Part shown: positions 12,001-19,552 of the stretch, piece after piece
How the letters are laid out: every line of letters starts with the position of its first letter
Position numbering within the stretch: the stretch's first letter is position 1
Source of the DNA: Candidatus Buchananbacteria bacterium
GTDB taxonomy: Bacteria; Patescibacteriota; Patescibacteriia; 2-01-FULL-39-33
Assembly (NCBI GenBank): GCA_903888345.1
Contig: CAISTG010000015.1
Span: 11,474 to 75,473, forward strand
Direction of reading: 5' to 3'
DNA: 64,000 nt
Notes under the pieces: generated by a model
Seen by the model: the letters and a program-made list of their open reading frames with translations, nothing else
Told to the model about the DNA's origin: nothing
The model's database searches: none
Made by a program: the position numbers and the translations under genes

Positions 12001-12539
12001 AAACCCCAAAGCAAGTTTTTATAAGTATCATTAGTATTGATAACTGAAGGTCGACGCTGATAATTGGGCTCAGCATATTCGACATTGGGATCGGCTTGTA
12101 ACTCCGCTATTTTCTGAGCGGTAGTCTTGCCATCCTTAATTTGCAAAAAAGACAGATTACCTTTTTTAGAAAATTCCCTCTTTTCCATCTTTCGGGCAGC
12201 ATTAAAAGTGTTGGCCTGTACTTGTCCGGCGGCGGTCTCTAGATTAATTTTTGATTTTTTGTATTTGATAATAACATCGCCCTCAATATAATCTTTTCCC
12301 GCCATTATACTGGGCCTTGAAGAACTGCTTAAACCGCCAGTAACTAGCCGCGCTGACTTCCCAATGTTCGACTGAACTGTTTTAACTTGATCTATAGCAG
12401 AAAAATCGACGGCATTAATTTTGGCCACGGCGACAGTTTGAGCCTGAATAATTTTAGTTGCCGGGCGATTAGAAAAAAATATGAGTGAAATACAAAAAAG
12501 GGCTAGGATAATTCCTCCACCAGCCAAGAACTTCTTCAT
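6099..12539 (-). CDS. Giant secreted protein (~2147 aa). N-terminal subtilisin-like (S8) serine protease, then multiple NHL repeats (beta-propeller), Ig-like domains, a Gly8 linker and a C-terminal Ca-binding-like module.
   Basis: Catalytic triad motifs VAIIDNGV (Asp), SHATHVAGIIAA (His), GTSMATPYVAGLAAL (Ser). More than 10 NHL-like units (RLFVAD..NNRVMVFNVATST). GGGGGGGG linker. Start chosen at MKKFLAGGG (12539), not the track's upstream 12605. The 12605 start would overlap a rho-independent terminator hairpin at 12608-12635. Confidence 0.8.
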   Translation of the reverse strand: MKKFLAGGGIILALFCISLIFFSNRPATKIIQAQTVAVAKINAVDFSAIDQVKTVQSNIGKSARLVTGGLSSSSRPSIMAGKDYIEGDVIIKYKKSKINLETAAGQVQANTFNAARKMEKREFSKKGNLSFLQIKDGKTTAQKIAELQADPNVEYAEPNYQRRPSVINTNDTYKNLLWGLDNTGQTVGGNFPDNNPRSGVVDADIDAPEAWQIADAATISPVIVAIIDNGVAYNHPDLVANMWDGSGCKDQNGAYLGGCSHGYDYVDNDKDPMPEAYSDLSVDMSSHATHVAGIIAAAKNNSKGVVGVASGAKIMTIRFKLDVASEIKAIDFAIQNGAKIINASFGSDGYSQAEYDAINRFSIAGGIFVAAAGNNGQNNDVLHNYPSDYNLDNIIAVTATNENDQLASFADYSATAVDVAAPGTNVYSTISEASVFNENFETTPTSEFPNGWVLGGINNQWKVYDTGDAFWGKVLHVARPNYPYAANANTTITSATYDFGTDAKSATISFAAACDTEYSWNADYLAVEYSADGVNFTEGTWPYYNQQFRLDETVLDWLTNDDSSAGGSAAYIGNIVIPKKYLTNNFKFRFRWVTNAADNNHGGCYVDQISIKKFTDGSNEPYGYLSGTSMATPYVAGLAALMEGYNSSLSAAQIKNIILTSGDDLVSLHGITSAGTRINAKKAMQAVEVLGQPKRIDSFAFSSLSVTAIIDEAQHTIAATVPYGTDVTALVPTISYFGTSISPNSGVAQNFSNPVSYMVTAADGTTQVYAVTVTISRSYIIDGSDAVDVIGQYQDVTANPALVTFNKNDVNNQGRNKLGLFSPVEVALDTVHHRLFVAEGVTNNRIMIYNLNSDNTLADYVPDHILGQTEYSSSTNGRSQNKFNTVDGLAYDSIGDRLFVSDSVNMRVLVYDTAVIADGENAVNVLGQADFSAAISTTTQYSLSQPAGLTYDLTNNRLFVADVTNNRVMVFNVATSTIANGQNAINVLGQTSFITKTYSASTSTMNYPRGVQYDAGNNRLFVADALNRRVLVFNAATSTITNGENASYVLGQANFSGSSSGHTQTTLNNPFRVTYDSVGSRLFVADQSNSRVMIFNVATSTIVNGQNAINVLGQTDFNASTSTVSQNRLKSLTGLVYNNVNNQLFVADSSNHRVVIFNAATSTISNGQNAVDLIGQYQDIIANPLVPNFNKSNTDNSYNPAINKFGLYTPRYLTIDPVHLRLFVTDNFNNRVLVYNLNADGSMASYTPTHVLGQASFTTTTATVMTQSSLKVPNGLAYDFARNYLFVNDAGNNRIMVFDVAEITNGEPAINVLCQADFVTKVSTSTQDHITNSSGFAYDFVHNRLFVNDYSRILVFDVAEITNGEPAINVLGQTDFTSNATATTQAGFDYILDSVYDWVNERLFVAERNNQRVTVFDVAEITNGEPAINVLGQSGYLTNSSATTNGGFKNISALAYDNISERLFVSEGGNNRVTVFDVAEIVNGELAVSVIGQDNYLTLSSGVSTKLLNSPWGIYYYENGNKLFVADSANNRVMVFAVGQTNIVHPVALSYYPQNNTTSTSISTNLQLRFSQPMAKGSGSIALYKTSNDLPLETIDVNSNQVNCSSTGLVTITPANVLAEQTDYYVKIDATALVGVGFAINNYLGITDATTWKFATSDLSGPTLSNIYPSGVQEYGTSSVNLTVTTNENSTCRYAAVSGTAFGAMTPFAVTGAINHKTPISSLTNGSSYTYYIVCQDLSNNTSTEAVASFSVAAVATDNDGPVISNILPDGEQVAGTVNATLVLDTDEAATCKYSDNFSTLFASMTIFSVTGLRHHTTPISGLSNGNSYVYYVICEDFVNNFSSKSTVSFSIALTVVAPPVSGGGGGGGGFIVPPVVSTTSYSIPTNGVSSIGTIGLLGTNLTASLNSVANFITTVSQSSQRQEHKMTVVNLDVTSQIVTLRVESTPQTIVLKLNEKANIDLDQDGKSDISINFSSLAFNQVSLTVKSLIAVQATIDSNGKNIVIPDKLGRIVKVSTVNRPAVYYVSDGLKYLFVNRNTYTTWANDIGDIGNKFSTLKQISQSEFEAIPLGGNLVARSGNLIKFDDSSIIYGVGAQGRLYKFVDASVQSRLYGKAVPYVVQAGFRNDYYNYGTAVETLTATSVKPE

Positions 12540-12600
12540 AATAAAATTAGAAAATTTAATAGTATACTTCTGTATATTATAGCACAAAAATATTAGCGAA

Positions 12601-12635
12601 ACCAAAAAAGAGAACTGGGGATAACAGCTCTCTTT
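12601..12635 (-). terminator. Rho-independent terminator downstream of the SDR gene
   Basis: Hairpin aagagaactg...cagctctctt (10 bp, 1 mismatch), then a T-run on the minus strand (plus accaaaaaag). Confidence 0.5.
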
Positions 12636-12675
12636 TAGATCTATTCTATTTAGTTAGTTTTGCTGTTCCCCGCCC

Positions 12676-13404
12676 CTATTGTGCCGTCCAACCGCCATCA
12701 ACATACAATACTGAGCCGGTGACAAACTTGGCTTCATCAGCAGCCAGATAGACTGCGGCGTAAGCGATATCATTGGGTTCGCCCATATGTCCGAGTGGCG
12801 TGGCCGCATTAATTCCAGCATTAGCCGCTTTATCATTCTTAATCCCCTTGGTCATGCCAGTTTCAATAAAGCCAGGAGCGATCGAATTAACTCTGATACC
12901 GGCCGCCGCCAACTCTAACGCAGCAGTACGAGTTAACTGATTAACTCCCCCTTTAGCCGAACAATAAGCAGCTGCACTCTTAAAGCCAACTTGACCCAAA
13001 ATCGAGGCCATATTAATAATTGAACCTTTGATTTTTTTGTTTTTCATGTAAGTAGCAGCCGCGCGCACGCCATAAAACACACCATTTAAATTAATCGCCA
13101 AAACTTTCTCCCAAACTTTATCCGGCATACCGACAATTTCTCCTGTTAAACCGACGCCGGCATTATTAACCATGATATCCAAACCACCAAATTTCTTCAC
13201 CGCCAAATCCACCAACTTTTTGACATCTTTATCTTTGGAGGTATCCGCTTTTAAAAATACTGCATTAGCCGGCAATTTGCCAGGATAAGCATTAATATCA
13301 GAGAAAACGACTTTCGCTCCCTCAGCGACAAACATTTCAGCTATCGCTTTGCCAATCCCTGACGAAGCGCCAGTGACGACAGCAACTTTGTTTTGTAGTC
13401 TCAT
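12676..13404 (-). CDS. Short-chain dehydrogenase/reductase (SDR), 3-oxoacyl-ACP reductase-like
   Basis: VAVVTGASSGIGKAIA (NAD(P)-binding TGxxxGxG), NNAG, YCSAKGG (catalytic Y-x3-K), 242 aa. Confidence 0.85.
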   Translation of the reverse strand: MRLQNKVAVVTGASSGIGKAIAEMFVAEGAKVVFSDINAYPGKLPANAVFLKADTSKDKDVKKLVDLAVKKFGGLDIMVNNAGVGLTGEIVGMPDKVWEKVLAINLNGVFYGVRAAATYMKNKKIKGSIINMASILGQVGFKSAAAYCSAKGGVNQLTRTAALELAAAGIRVNSIAPGFIETGMTKGIKNDKAANAGINAATPLGHMGEPNDIAYAAVYLAADEAKFVTGSVLYVDGGWTAQ

Positions 13405-13434
13405 ATAATTTGAAATTAATTATTGATATATAAA

Positions 13435-13609
13435 TTAAGCTAGATGCGACCCATCGCAAAAAGACTTATTTTTTGATTTACCACAACGACAAAGATGATA
13501 ATTTTCTTTTTTCGGATACTTCTTTAATATCTCATAAGATTCTGAATCTCCGTTAGCATCGCAAACAATATTTTCTTAGTCTAAAGTAATTTGTCCCGAC
13601 ACTAGGCAT
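13435..13609 (-). pseudogene. CDGSH iron-sulfur domain protein (mitoNEET-like, ~58 aa) with an apparent +1 frameshift at an A-run. Not in the ORF track.
   Basis: Minus-strand frames give MPSVGTNYFRLRK, then after a shift at agaaaat ...IVCDANGDSESYEILKKYPKKENYHLCRCGKSKNKSFCDGSHLA*. The CRCG.S.NK.FCDGSH segment matches the CDGSH signature C-x-C-x2-S-x3-(P/S)-x-C-D-G-S-H. Confidence 0.45.
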
Positions 13610-13711
13610 GGTCCATTCTTGCTGACGCTAATTTTTTTGCCAATTACATTTTTCACAACATTATATATCTAATACCTTAATTATCTCACTTTACTTTCAA
13701 AACCACAACCG

Positions 13712-13745
13712 TATTAAAAAACCGCTACAATTATTGTAACGGTTA
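13712..13745 (-). terminator. Rho-independent terminator for gene 13767-14306
   Basis: aaccgctacaat-t-attgtaacggtt hairpin (12 bp, 1 mismatch), followed on the minus strand by ttttttaat. Confidence 0.5.
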
Positions 13746-13766
13746 AAGTACATGTCATTATTTGCG

Positions 13767-14306
13767 CTATTCCCATTGGCGCTGTCGTCGTTCGCGCGCT
13801 TCTCTGATCACCAATTTAACATCCTGATGCCAAACTGCTGGATCGATTTGTAGACTATTGTTTAGATCCAACAAAATCAGCGCCGGATGCAACATATTCA
13901 TTTCAGATAACAGGCCATAACGATTGGCCCGCTCATCCTCTTCGTACCACTCACGTAAATGAACCAGTAGGATTGCCGCTAAAATCTCGTTGTCTAAGTA
14001 TTCTATCGCCCCGGCAAATGGCAGCAATAGCTGTTTTGGGAGCAATTCCTTTTTCCAGTAACAAATCCGTTCGTGGACTGAGGCTAGAAATAATGTTTCA
14101 TACTGCTCAAATTCATCGACAGTAATTTCCGGCGCTGGCAGCAGATCAAGCACGCATTTAAGTAAGACGTTACGATAACTGCGCCCCAAGGAAACTCCAG
14201 CTGGATCATGACTGCGAATAATCAGTGACAGCAAGACCCAACCAGTCTCGTAATCTGTTAAATCAGAAAAATCTGGCGGATCATCCTCAGGTTCAATAAT
14301 TCCCAT
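13767..14306 (-). CDS. Hypothetical protein (179 aa), acidic. Lies in a visibly GC-richer segment.
   Basis: Clean ORF with no recognisable motif. Its nucleotide composition is noticeably GC-richer than the flanking genes. Confidence 0.45.
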   Translation of the reverse strand: MGIIEPEDDPPDFSDLTDYETGWVLLSLIIRSHDPAGVSLGRSYRNVLLKCVLDLLPAPEITVDEFEQYETLFLASVHERICYWKKELLPKQLLLPFAGAIEYLDNEILAAILLVHLREWYEEDERANRYGLLSEMNMLHPALILLDLNNSLQIDPAVWHQDVKLVIREARERRQRQWE

Positions 14307-14331
14307 CAGATTGACTCCTCAAGTTGGAAAG

Positions 14332-14592
14332 TTAAACAATTTGAATCTTGAAACGACTATCTTCGATGTGACTAACCATTCCTTCGACTGAATCGAAAGC
14401 TAGTGCTTGTGGCTGAAACCCGAAATGTTTTTCATCTTGCATTTCGAAATCGAAATATTCCCGATTTTCTGCTGTCGAACGGACCGTTTTGCAAATACCT
14501 TCATACGGCTTTAAACCGGGACGAGTATAGGTAATCCGAATTCTTTTGCCAGCAAATATACCGAGTAATTGCGCCAATGTAACTTGAGACAT
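14332..14592 (-). CDS. Hypothetical small protein (86 aa)
   Basis: ORF co-oriented with and 25 bp upstream of 13767-14306. No motif. Confidence 0.4.
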   Translation of the reverse strand: MSQVTLAQLLGIFAGKRIRITYTRPGLKPYEGICKTVRSTAENREYFDFEMQDEKHFGFQPQALAFDSVEGMVSHIEDSRFKIQIV

Positions 14593-14750
14593 ACGCCGGT
14601 CTCCTTTTGGTTTAATTAATTAATAATCATAAGTGCAATTCAGAAAATAACTTACCAAAATTGACGCTTTTTGTCAATCAATTTATCTTTACCAAGAATT
14701 GTCGTTTGACGCTGAAAACCGAACTAATTTAAAAAGACATGATATAACTA

Positions 14751-15446
14751 TCATGTCTTCAGTTTTAAGAAAATGTTCGATATTACCTGATCAATAACCA
14801 GTCTCCCAAAATCAATTCCCACTGGTTGGTGTCGAATTTGCTGGCTAACCCAAATTGAGTCGCCAGATCCGATTGCTTCAATATATGTCTTAGCGGCGGC
14901 ATAACTATCAATGCGCTTTTTGATCTCCGCCAGCGTTTGAGGGTCACCACTATCTAAAGCATTTTTGGTGCGGAGATTCTGTTGCAAATCAACAGCATCC
15001 GCCCACAACATCAACCGTAACTGCGGATAAATGCCAGCCGTCAATCGCTCACTTAATAGCCAAGACTGCGTTTGCATAATTACTTCCGGATCATCACGAT
15101 CAATGACGAAAGCCAGTGCCCTGATTTCTGATGAATCAAGCACTACCACTTGGCCCGCCATTAAAGCCGGCAGTACCACCGTTAGGTAATTCGCACGCAT
15201 AGCCCGTAAATAATACTTATTATGCGCCAAAGTACCCGGAACCAAGCCCTGGCTAGCAACTAACTCTTGGCCAATTTGATTGGCTGCCGGACTACTTTCA
15301 AAGTATGACGGCTTAATTATTAGGCCGCCACGATCAGGCCAGAGAGCATTAAGACGAGTACTCAAAAGACTAGTAATACTGCTTTTCCCGCTACCGTCAG
15401 GCCCATCAACACTAATTAAAATTCCGGGAAACTGCGTTTGACTCAT
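14751..15446 (-). CDS. P-loop nucleoside/nucleotide kinase, thymidylate-kinase-like (231 aa)
   Basis: ILISVDGPDGSGKSSITSLL Walker-A in Tmk/dNK-like context. Strong SD aggagg 5 nt upstream of the ATG. Confidence 0.6.
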   Translation of the reverse strand: MSQTQFPGILISVDGPDGSGKSSITSLLSTRLNALWPDRGGLIIKPSYFESSPAANQIGQELVASQGLVPGTLAHNKYYLRAMRANYLTVVLPALMAGQVVVLDSSEIRALAFVIDRDDPEVIMQTQSWLLSERLTAGIYPQLRLMLWADAVDLQQNLRTKNALDSGDPQTLAEIKKRIDSYAAAKTYIEAIGSGDSIWVSQQIRHQPVGIDFGRLVIDQVISNIFLKLKT

Positions 15447-15490
15447 TCTATTCCTCCTTTTTTGAGTTCAGCTAGAAGTAGTTGTCTGAC

Positions 15491-15518
15491 TTGAAAATTT
15501 AATGTAATGTGCTACAAT
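15491..15518 (+). promoter_or_regulatory. Sigma70-type promoter for the CYTH gene
   Basis: TTGAAA (15491-15496), 16-nt spacer, TGcTACAAT extended -10 (15510-15518). Confidence 0.45.
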
Positions 15519-15542
15519 TATTTATATTAATACAATAATTTT

Positions 15543-16079
15543 ATGGCTAAAAACAATCAGGAAATTGAAGTAAAGGCTACTTTCCAAGATCAACAGGCGG
15601 TATTAAATATCCTCCAGCCTCAATTAACCTTCGTCAATCGAGTTTCAATCAACGACACTTATTTTAGTTCAGGGGCCAGCATGAGCAACACTAATAATCT
15701 TGTCAGAATTCGAGAAATCAATAACGACAAAGTGGAGCTTACATTCAAAGGAAAAACAGTTGACACTAATAATATTTGGCAAAGAACGGAGATTACTACT
15801 TTAGTTGATTCCGCCACTAATGCCAAAGCTATCCTAGCGAATTTGGGGCTCAAAGTCGTATCCGAATATCAAAACGCGAAAGAATATTACGACTATAATG
15901 GACTGGAAATTGTCTTCGCTAGATTTACTTTGCCAGCTACATTAGAATTTATGGAAATTGAAGGCGACACGACTACCGCTGTGGCCGAAGTTATTGAAAA
16001 ATTAGGCCAAACAATTACCGTCGTCGGTGAAGAAATTTTTGACGTCTTTGATCGTGCCAGAAATAATACTGCTAACTAA
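15543..16079 (+). CDS. CYTH-domain protein (CyaB/ThTPase-like triphosphate tunnel metalloenzyme), 178 aa
   Basis: N-terminal EIEVKATF (the EXEXK CYTH signature). Downstream LVRIREINNDKVELTFKGK and WQRTEITTL basic/acidic tunnel residues. Its 3' end overlaps the convergent gene by 8 nt. Confidence 0.55.
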   Translation: MAKNNQEIEVKATFQDQQAVLNILQPQLTFVNRVSINDTYFSSGASMSNTNNLVRIREINNDKVELTFKGKTVDTNNIWQRTEITTLVDSATNAKAILANLGLKVVSEYQNAKEYYDYNGLEIVFARFTLPATLEFMEIEGDTTTAVAEVIEKLGQTITVVGEEIFDVFDRARNNTAN

Positions 16080-17262
16080 TTTTTAAGTATTTTTTTAGAG
16101 CCACTAAAGATAAGCCGAAAAACGTTTCTGGCTTATTTTTTATTTGCTCTGTTAGTTTAGCCACATCTATCCAGTGCGGATTGCGATTCTCTTCAATATT
16201 TTCTTTCGGCTCACCCTCTAAATAGCGGCTAACGAAAACTAAAGCAACATAGGAACGATCACCACTCAATTGTTGTAGACAAATATACGGCTGATAGGCT
16301 TCGATAATTTGGCCGTTAGATTCGGGTTGCGAGGCCAGAAATGACGGCATAATTTCACTTAGAACTGATGTTTCTTCGAGTGTTTCCCGTACAGCTGCAA
16401 TCTGAGCCGATTCAAATCGCTTAATTAAACCAGAAGGCAATTCAAATTTGCCGGAATTCGCCGGATCGATGTTTGGCTTATGCCGCGTTTGTAATAATAT
16501 TTCTGTTTGACCGTTATTATTTCTTTCAACGATATTTACCACCACTGGAATACCAATTGATAAATCATCATAATTAATATATTTATTGTGCAGCGGCGCA
16601 AAGTAATTGCTCTTTTCTAAAAAATTATATAATATCGGACAGCTGTGGCTAATTTCTTCTTTTAAGTTTATCAAATCAATCGGCAGATTAAGATCATTTT
16701 TTAAATTCAAATTATAAATAGAATGGCCTTGGCAATTCTTGCTTAAATCATTAAAAGAATTAGAAGTGCTCCAACGCACACCAGAAAAAATATTCGTGTT
16801 TCCCTGATCCTTAAGTCCCATTAAGTAGACACCGCCATTAACTTCGGGGCCAAAAACGTAATCATTATTATCTAACCTAGCAAACCCCGTAATTAAATCT
16901 TCTTGTTTAATAAAGGGAATATCCATGGGGATCAAGATGGCTTTACTATAGCCATGAACATTGGTCAAAGTCTTAAAAATTATATTTAACTTGTCGCTCA
17001 AGCTTGGCGCGGCGTCAATCGTGAAGCCATTAATTGAATAATTTTCCTGGAACCAACGCAAATCAGCCAAGCTATCGGTCGCGACTACTAAATCAAAGTA
17101 ATCGGAATTATTGATTTTATTTAATAAATCAATAAAACAACATTTTGCTAATTCAAACGCAAAATCCTCCGAAGTCTCTTCGGCGATCCTGGTTTTAACC
17201 TTTCCTTTAACTGGGCGCTTAGCAAAGACCACTACAACATTATCATGTTTTTTATTCAACAT
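16072..17262 (-). CDS. Fusion protein: N-terminal DUF2064 (GT-A/nucleotidyltransferase-like) and C-terminal Nudix hydrolase domain (396 aa)
   Basis: VVVFAKRPVKGKVKTRIAEE matches the DUF2064 N-terminus (ivvfaKaPvpGrVKTRL). C-terminal Nudix box GKFELPSGLIKRFESAQIAAVRETLEETSV (GX5EX7REUXEEXGU). Confidence 0.6.
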   Translation of the reverse strand: MLNKKHDNVVVVFAKRPVKGKVKTRIAEETSEDFAFELAKCCFIDLLNKINNSDYFDLVVATDSLADLRWFQENYSINGFTIDAAPSLSDKLNIIFKTLTNVHGYSKAILIPMDIPFIKQEDLITGFARLDNNDYVFGPEVNGGVYLMGLKDQGNTNIFSGVRWSTSNSFNDLSKNCQGHSIYNLNLKNDLNLPIDLINLKEEISHSCPILYNFLEKSNYFAPLHNKYINYDDLSIGIPVVVNIVERNNNGQTEILLQTRHKPNIDPANSGKFELPSGLIKRFESAQIAAVRETLEETSVLSEIMPSFLASQPESNGQIIEAYQPYICLQQLSGDRSYVALVFVSRYLEGEPKENIEENRNPHWIDVAKLTEQIKNKPETFFGLSLVALKKYLKIS

Positions 17263-17266
17263 AGAT

Positions 17267-18262
17267 TTACTGATTAGTATTCCAAATTTTCTTATCTTGG
17301 CCAGGACAACTCTTCAAAAATTCTCGGGATTTAATAATGGCAGTCAAAATCTGTTCTTGATCATGACTAACTAAATACTCCCTTAAAGGAATGATTTGAT
17401 TATCCATGTGGCAGGGCTTGATATTTAAATCAGAATTAATAAATATTTCATTCGAAAGATAACAATCTCGACAAACCTCCGGGTCGCCACAACCAATTTC
17501 AATTGCCACGCCCCAAGTATTTTTATAAGTGAGCTTATTTAATGGCAAATAGCCACACTGTCCCCTGAAGCTATCGTCTTGTTGTGCCATCCTGACGCAA
17601 CCCAAGGCAACTAAACGCTCCAGCAGCTCAGGCAAAGGTAAATTCCAGCCCAGTTGTTCCGCCGTAATCGGTTCAAAATTCAAAAATTTAAATTTAAAAC
17701 CATAATGATCGCATAGATTTAAAAACTCTAAAATATTCTCGGCGTCATCGTTTTTTCCTTTAACGACAACATATTTTAATTCGACTATTGGACGATTTGG
17801 TAGCTGTGATAGATATTCCAAATTGTTTAATAAATGATCGAATTGACCGCTTGTTCCACCGGTCATTTTCTGCCAAGTGGCATAATTAGAGCCATGGATC
17901 GAAACAGCGATTTTATGGCAAACTGATGCCAGTTTATCCATTATAGCGGGTGTCAAACTTACTCCGTTGGAATGGAAAAATAATTCTTTGAACGGTTTTA
18001 ATTTAATATATTCCAGCAAATCCATTATCTTGGGATAGAGGCTCGGCTCACCGCCGGTCAAAGATAGTTTCTTTAAACCGGACCGATGTAAGACGTCAAT
18101 CAAATATATGAGCTCAGAATATTCTGCATGCGCAATATTTTTCTGGCAGATTGGCATACCCTCGTTTGAACAAAAAAAGCACTTAAGATTGCAATAATCA
18201 GTTAGAGCAACACGTAAAGGAAAATTGCCAAGAATTTCCGATTGTTTTTGTTCCAGTGACAT
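17267..18262 (-). CDS. Radical SAM enzyme, MoaA-like paralog A (331 aa), with a C-terminal auxiliary-cluster Cys motif
   Basis: LTDYCNLKCFFCSNEG (CxxxCxxC), LSLTGGEPSLYP, KFLNFEP (cf. MoaA FIEFMP), C-terminal VCRDC-x16-C (MoaA-like C-x2-C-x13+-C). Confidence 0.75.
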   Translation of the reverse strand: MSLEQKQSEILGNFPLRVALTDYCNLKCFFCSNEGMPICQKNIAHAEYSELIYLIDVLHRSGLKKLSLTGGEPSLYPKIMDLLEYIKLKPFKELFFHSNGVSLTPAIMDKLASVCHKIAVSIHGSNYATWQKMTGGTSGQFDHLLNNLEYLSQLPNRPIVELKYVVVKGKNDDAENILEFLNLCDHYGFKFKFLNFEPITAEQLGWNLPLPELLERLVALGCVRMAQQDDSFRGQCGYLPLNKLTYKNTWGVAIEIGCGDPEVCRDCYLSNEIFINSDLNIKPCHMDNQIIPLREYLVSHDQEQILTAIIKSREFLKSCPGQDKKIWNTNQ

Positions 18263-18266
18263 ATGT

Positions 18267-19454
18267 TTAGCAGTATTTAAATTTTTCTTCTTTGTTCCAG
18301 CCCGCGCAATTCATGCCCGGAGCGAGCATTAAATATTCACGAGACAAACGGAAGAGGTCAAATAATTCTTCGTAGTTTTCGGTTTCGATAGCGTGAGTCA
18401 AATCAATTTTAGTATCAAGTACCGCACATGGTTTAATATATAGCCCCTGACCATCATTAGTCGGTTTGATAAACATACACAAGAAATTATAGCAAGACAA
18501 GCAGGCGGCCTTTTGACCGCAGCCAAAAATACTATGTAAGCCGCCAACATTTTTGTAAGTGAAATTCGTGCCCGGGATATAAGTATCGGGATCGTTATGT
18601 CGAGGCGCATCAGCTGGAAAAACACAACCCAGCTTTTCTAATTTTTCAAAAAACTCTTTACGGCCAACAGTATATTTTTTTTGCTCAGGAAATTGCGGTT
18701 CGAACTCCAAAAATTTTGGATGAAAACTATTAGCAGCACAATAATCTAGTAATCGCTGCAACTCTTCTTCACTATCATTGATGCCCCGCATAATAACACT
18801 CTTAATAAAAACTTTATCGCCGATCTGTTGTTTAGTTAAATATTCTAAATTTTCCTGAAGTTTTTTATATTTTCCCACTTGAATCTCTTCCTTAAAATAA
18901 TTATTTAAATTAGAAATTTTATTCCAAGTTGGAAAGAAAAAGGAATTTACCGAAACCCCGATGCGCGAAAATGAATCTTTGAGCCGATCAATAATAGTTG
19001 GGGTCAAAGCAATACCATTACTATGAATGGAAAAACGAATTTGCGGATACTTTTTTGTCCAGTCAATCAATTTAAAATCACCGCTAGTAAAGTCTGGATG
19101 AATTGTTGGCTCGCCACCACTAAAATCAATCATTTTTAGAGTTGTTGATTTAATCAACATATCACCTAATTTCATCACCAAATCGATATTGGCATGACCA
19201 TTAAACTTATCCGCATAACTAGATCCTTCATTAGAACAAAAAACACACCAAGAATTACACTTTGGTGTGAGAGAAATACGCAAACGTATTTTAGCAAACA
19301 AATCAAGCATTTCTTCCCGGCTAAGGTGTTTTTGACCCTTGGCCGCCAATGAATCTTTACTGAGATCTAATACCCTACCATTCTGATCTTTTCTGACGGT
19401 AACTTCCTCTTCCTTAAATTCCTTAGCCAAAGAGACGCTTGTTTGATCTGACAT
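18267..19454 (-). CDS. Radical SAM enzyme, MoaA-like paralog B (395 aa), with a C-terminal Cys-rich auxiliary motif
   Basis: LTPKCNSWCVFCSNEG (CxxxCxxC), FSGGEPTIHP, KFLEFEP, FGCGQKAACLSCYNFLC...IKPC. Clearly paralogous to 17267-18262 (HSNGIALTPTIIDRL vs HSNGVSLTPAIMDKL). Confidence 0.75.
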   Translation of the reverse strand: MSDQTSVSLAKEFKEEEVTVRKDQNGRVLDLSKDSLAAKGQKHLSREEMLDLFAKIRLRISLTPKCNSWCVFCSNEGSSYADKFNGHANIDLVMKLGDMLIKSTTLKMIDFSGGEPTIHPDFTSGDFKLIDWTKKYPQIRFSIHSNGIALTPTIIDRLKDSFSRIGVSVNSFFFPTWNKISNLNNYFKEEIQVGKYKKLQENLEYLTKQQIGDKVFIKSVIMRGINDSEEELQRLLDYCAANSFHPKFLEFEPQFPEQKKYTVGRKEFFEKLEKLGCVFPADAPRHNDPDTYIPGTNFTYKNVGGLHSIFGCGQKAACLSCYNFLCMFIKPTNDGQGLYIKPCAVLDTKIDLTHAIETENYEELFDLFRLSREYLMLAPGMNCAGWNKEEKFKYC

Positions 19455-19477
19455 ATTGTTTTTTAATAATTCTATTG

Positions 19478-19506
19478 ATTATACCCCTCATTTCAATATT
19501 TGTCAA
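19478..19506 (-). promoter_or_regulatory. Consensus sigma70 promoter driving the rSAM-B / rSAM-A / DUF2064-Nudix operon
   Basis: Minus strand reads TTGACA, 17 nt, TATAAT. -35 is plus tgtcaa 19501-19506; -10 is plus attata 19478-19483. About 25 nt upstream of ATG 19454. Confidence 0.6.
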
Positions 19507-19552
19507 TAGCGGCAGAATAAACATATTTTTATGGCCCAATAAATAGCTAATA

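Noticed and set aside
12540-12605. Upstream start (12605, MVSLIFLCYNIQKY...) for the 6099 giant gene, as in the ORF track
   Set aside because: The extra 22 codons would overlap a rho-independent terminator hairpin. They are followed by a better N-terminus (MKKFLAGGG plus a hydrophobic signal), so 12539 is preferred.
17267-19454. The two MoaA-like radical SAMs as a molybdenum-cofactor (moaA) locus
   Set aside because: No moaC, moaB, moaD/E, mogA/moeA or molybdoenzyme gene is anywhere in the window. The two genes are divergent paralogs in an operon with a Nudix/DUF2064 fusion. The MoaA resemblance is used only as a family-level guide.
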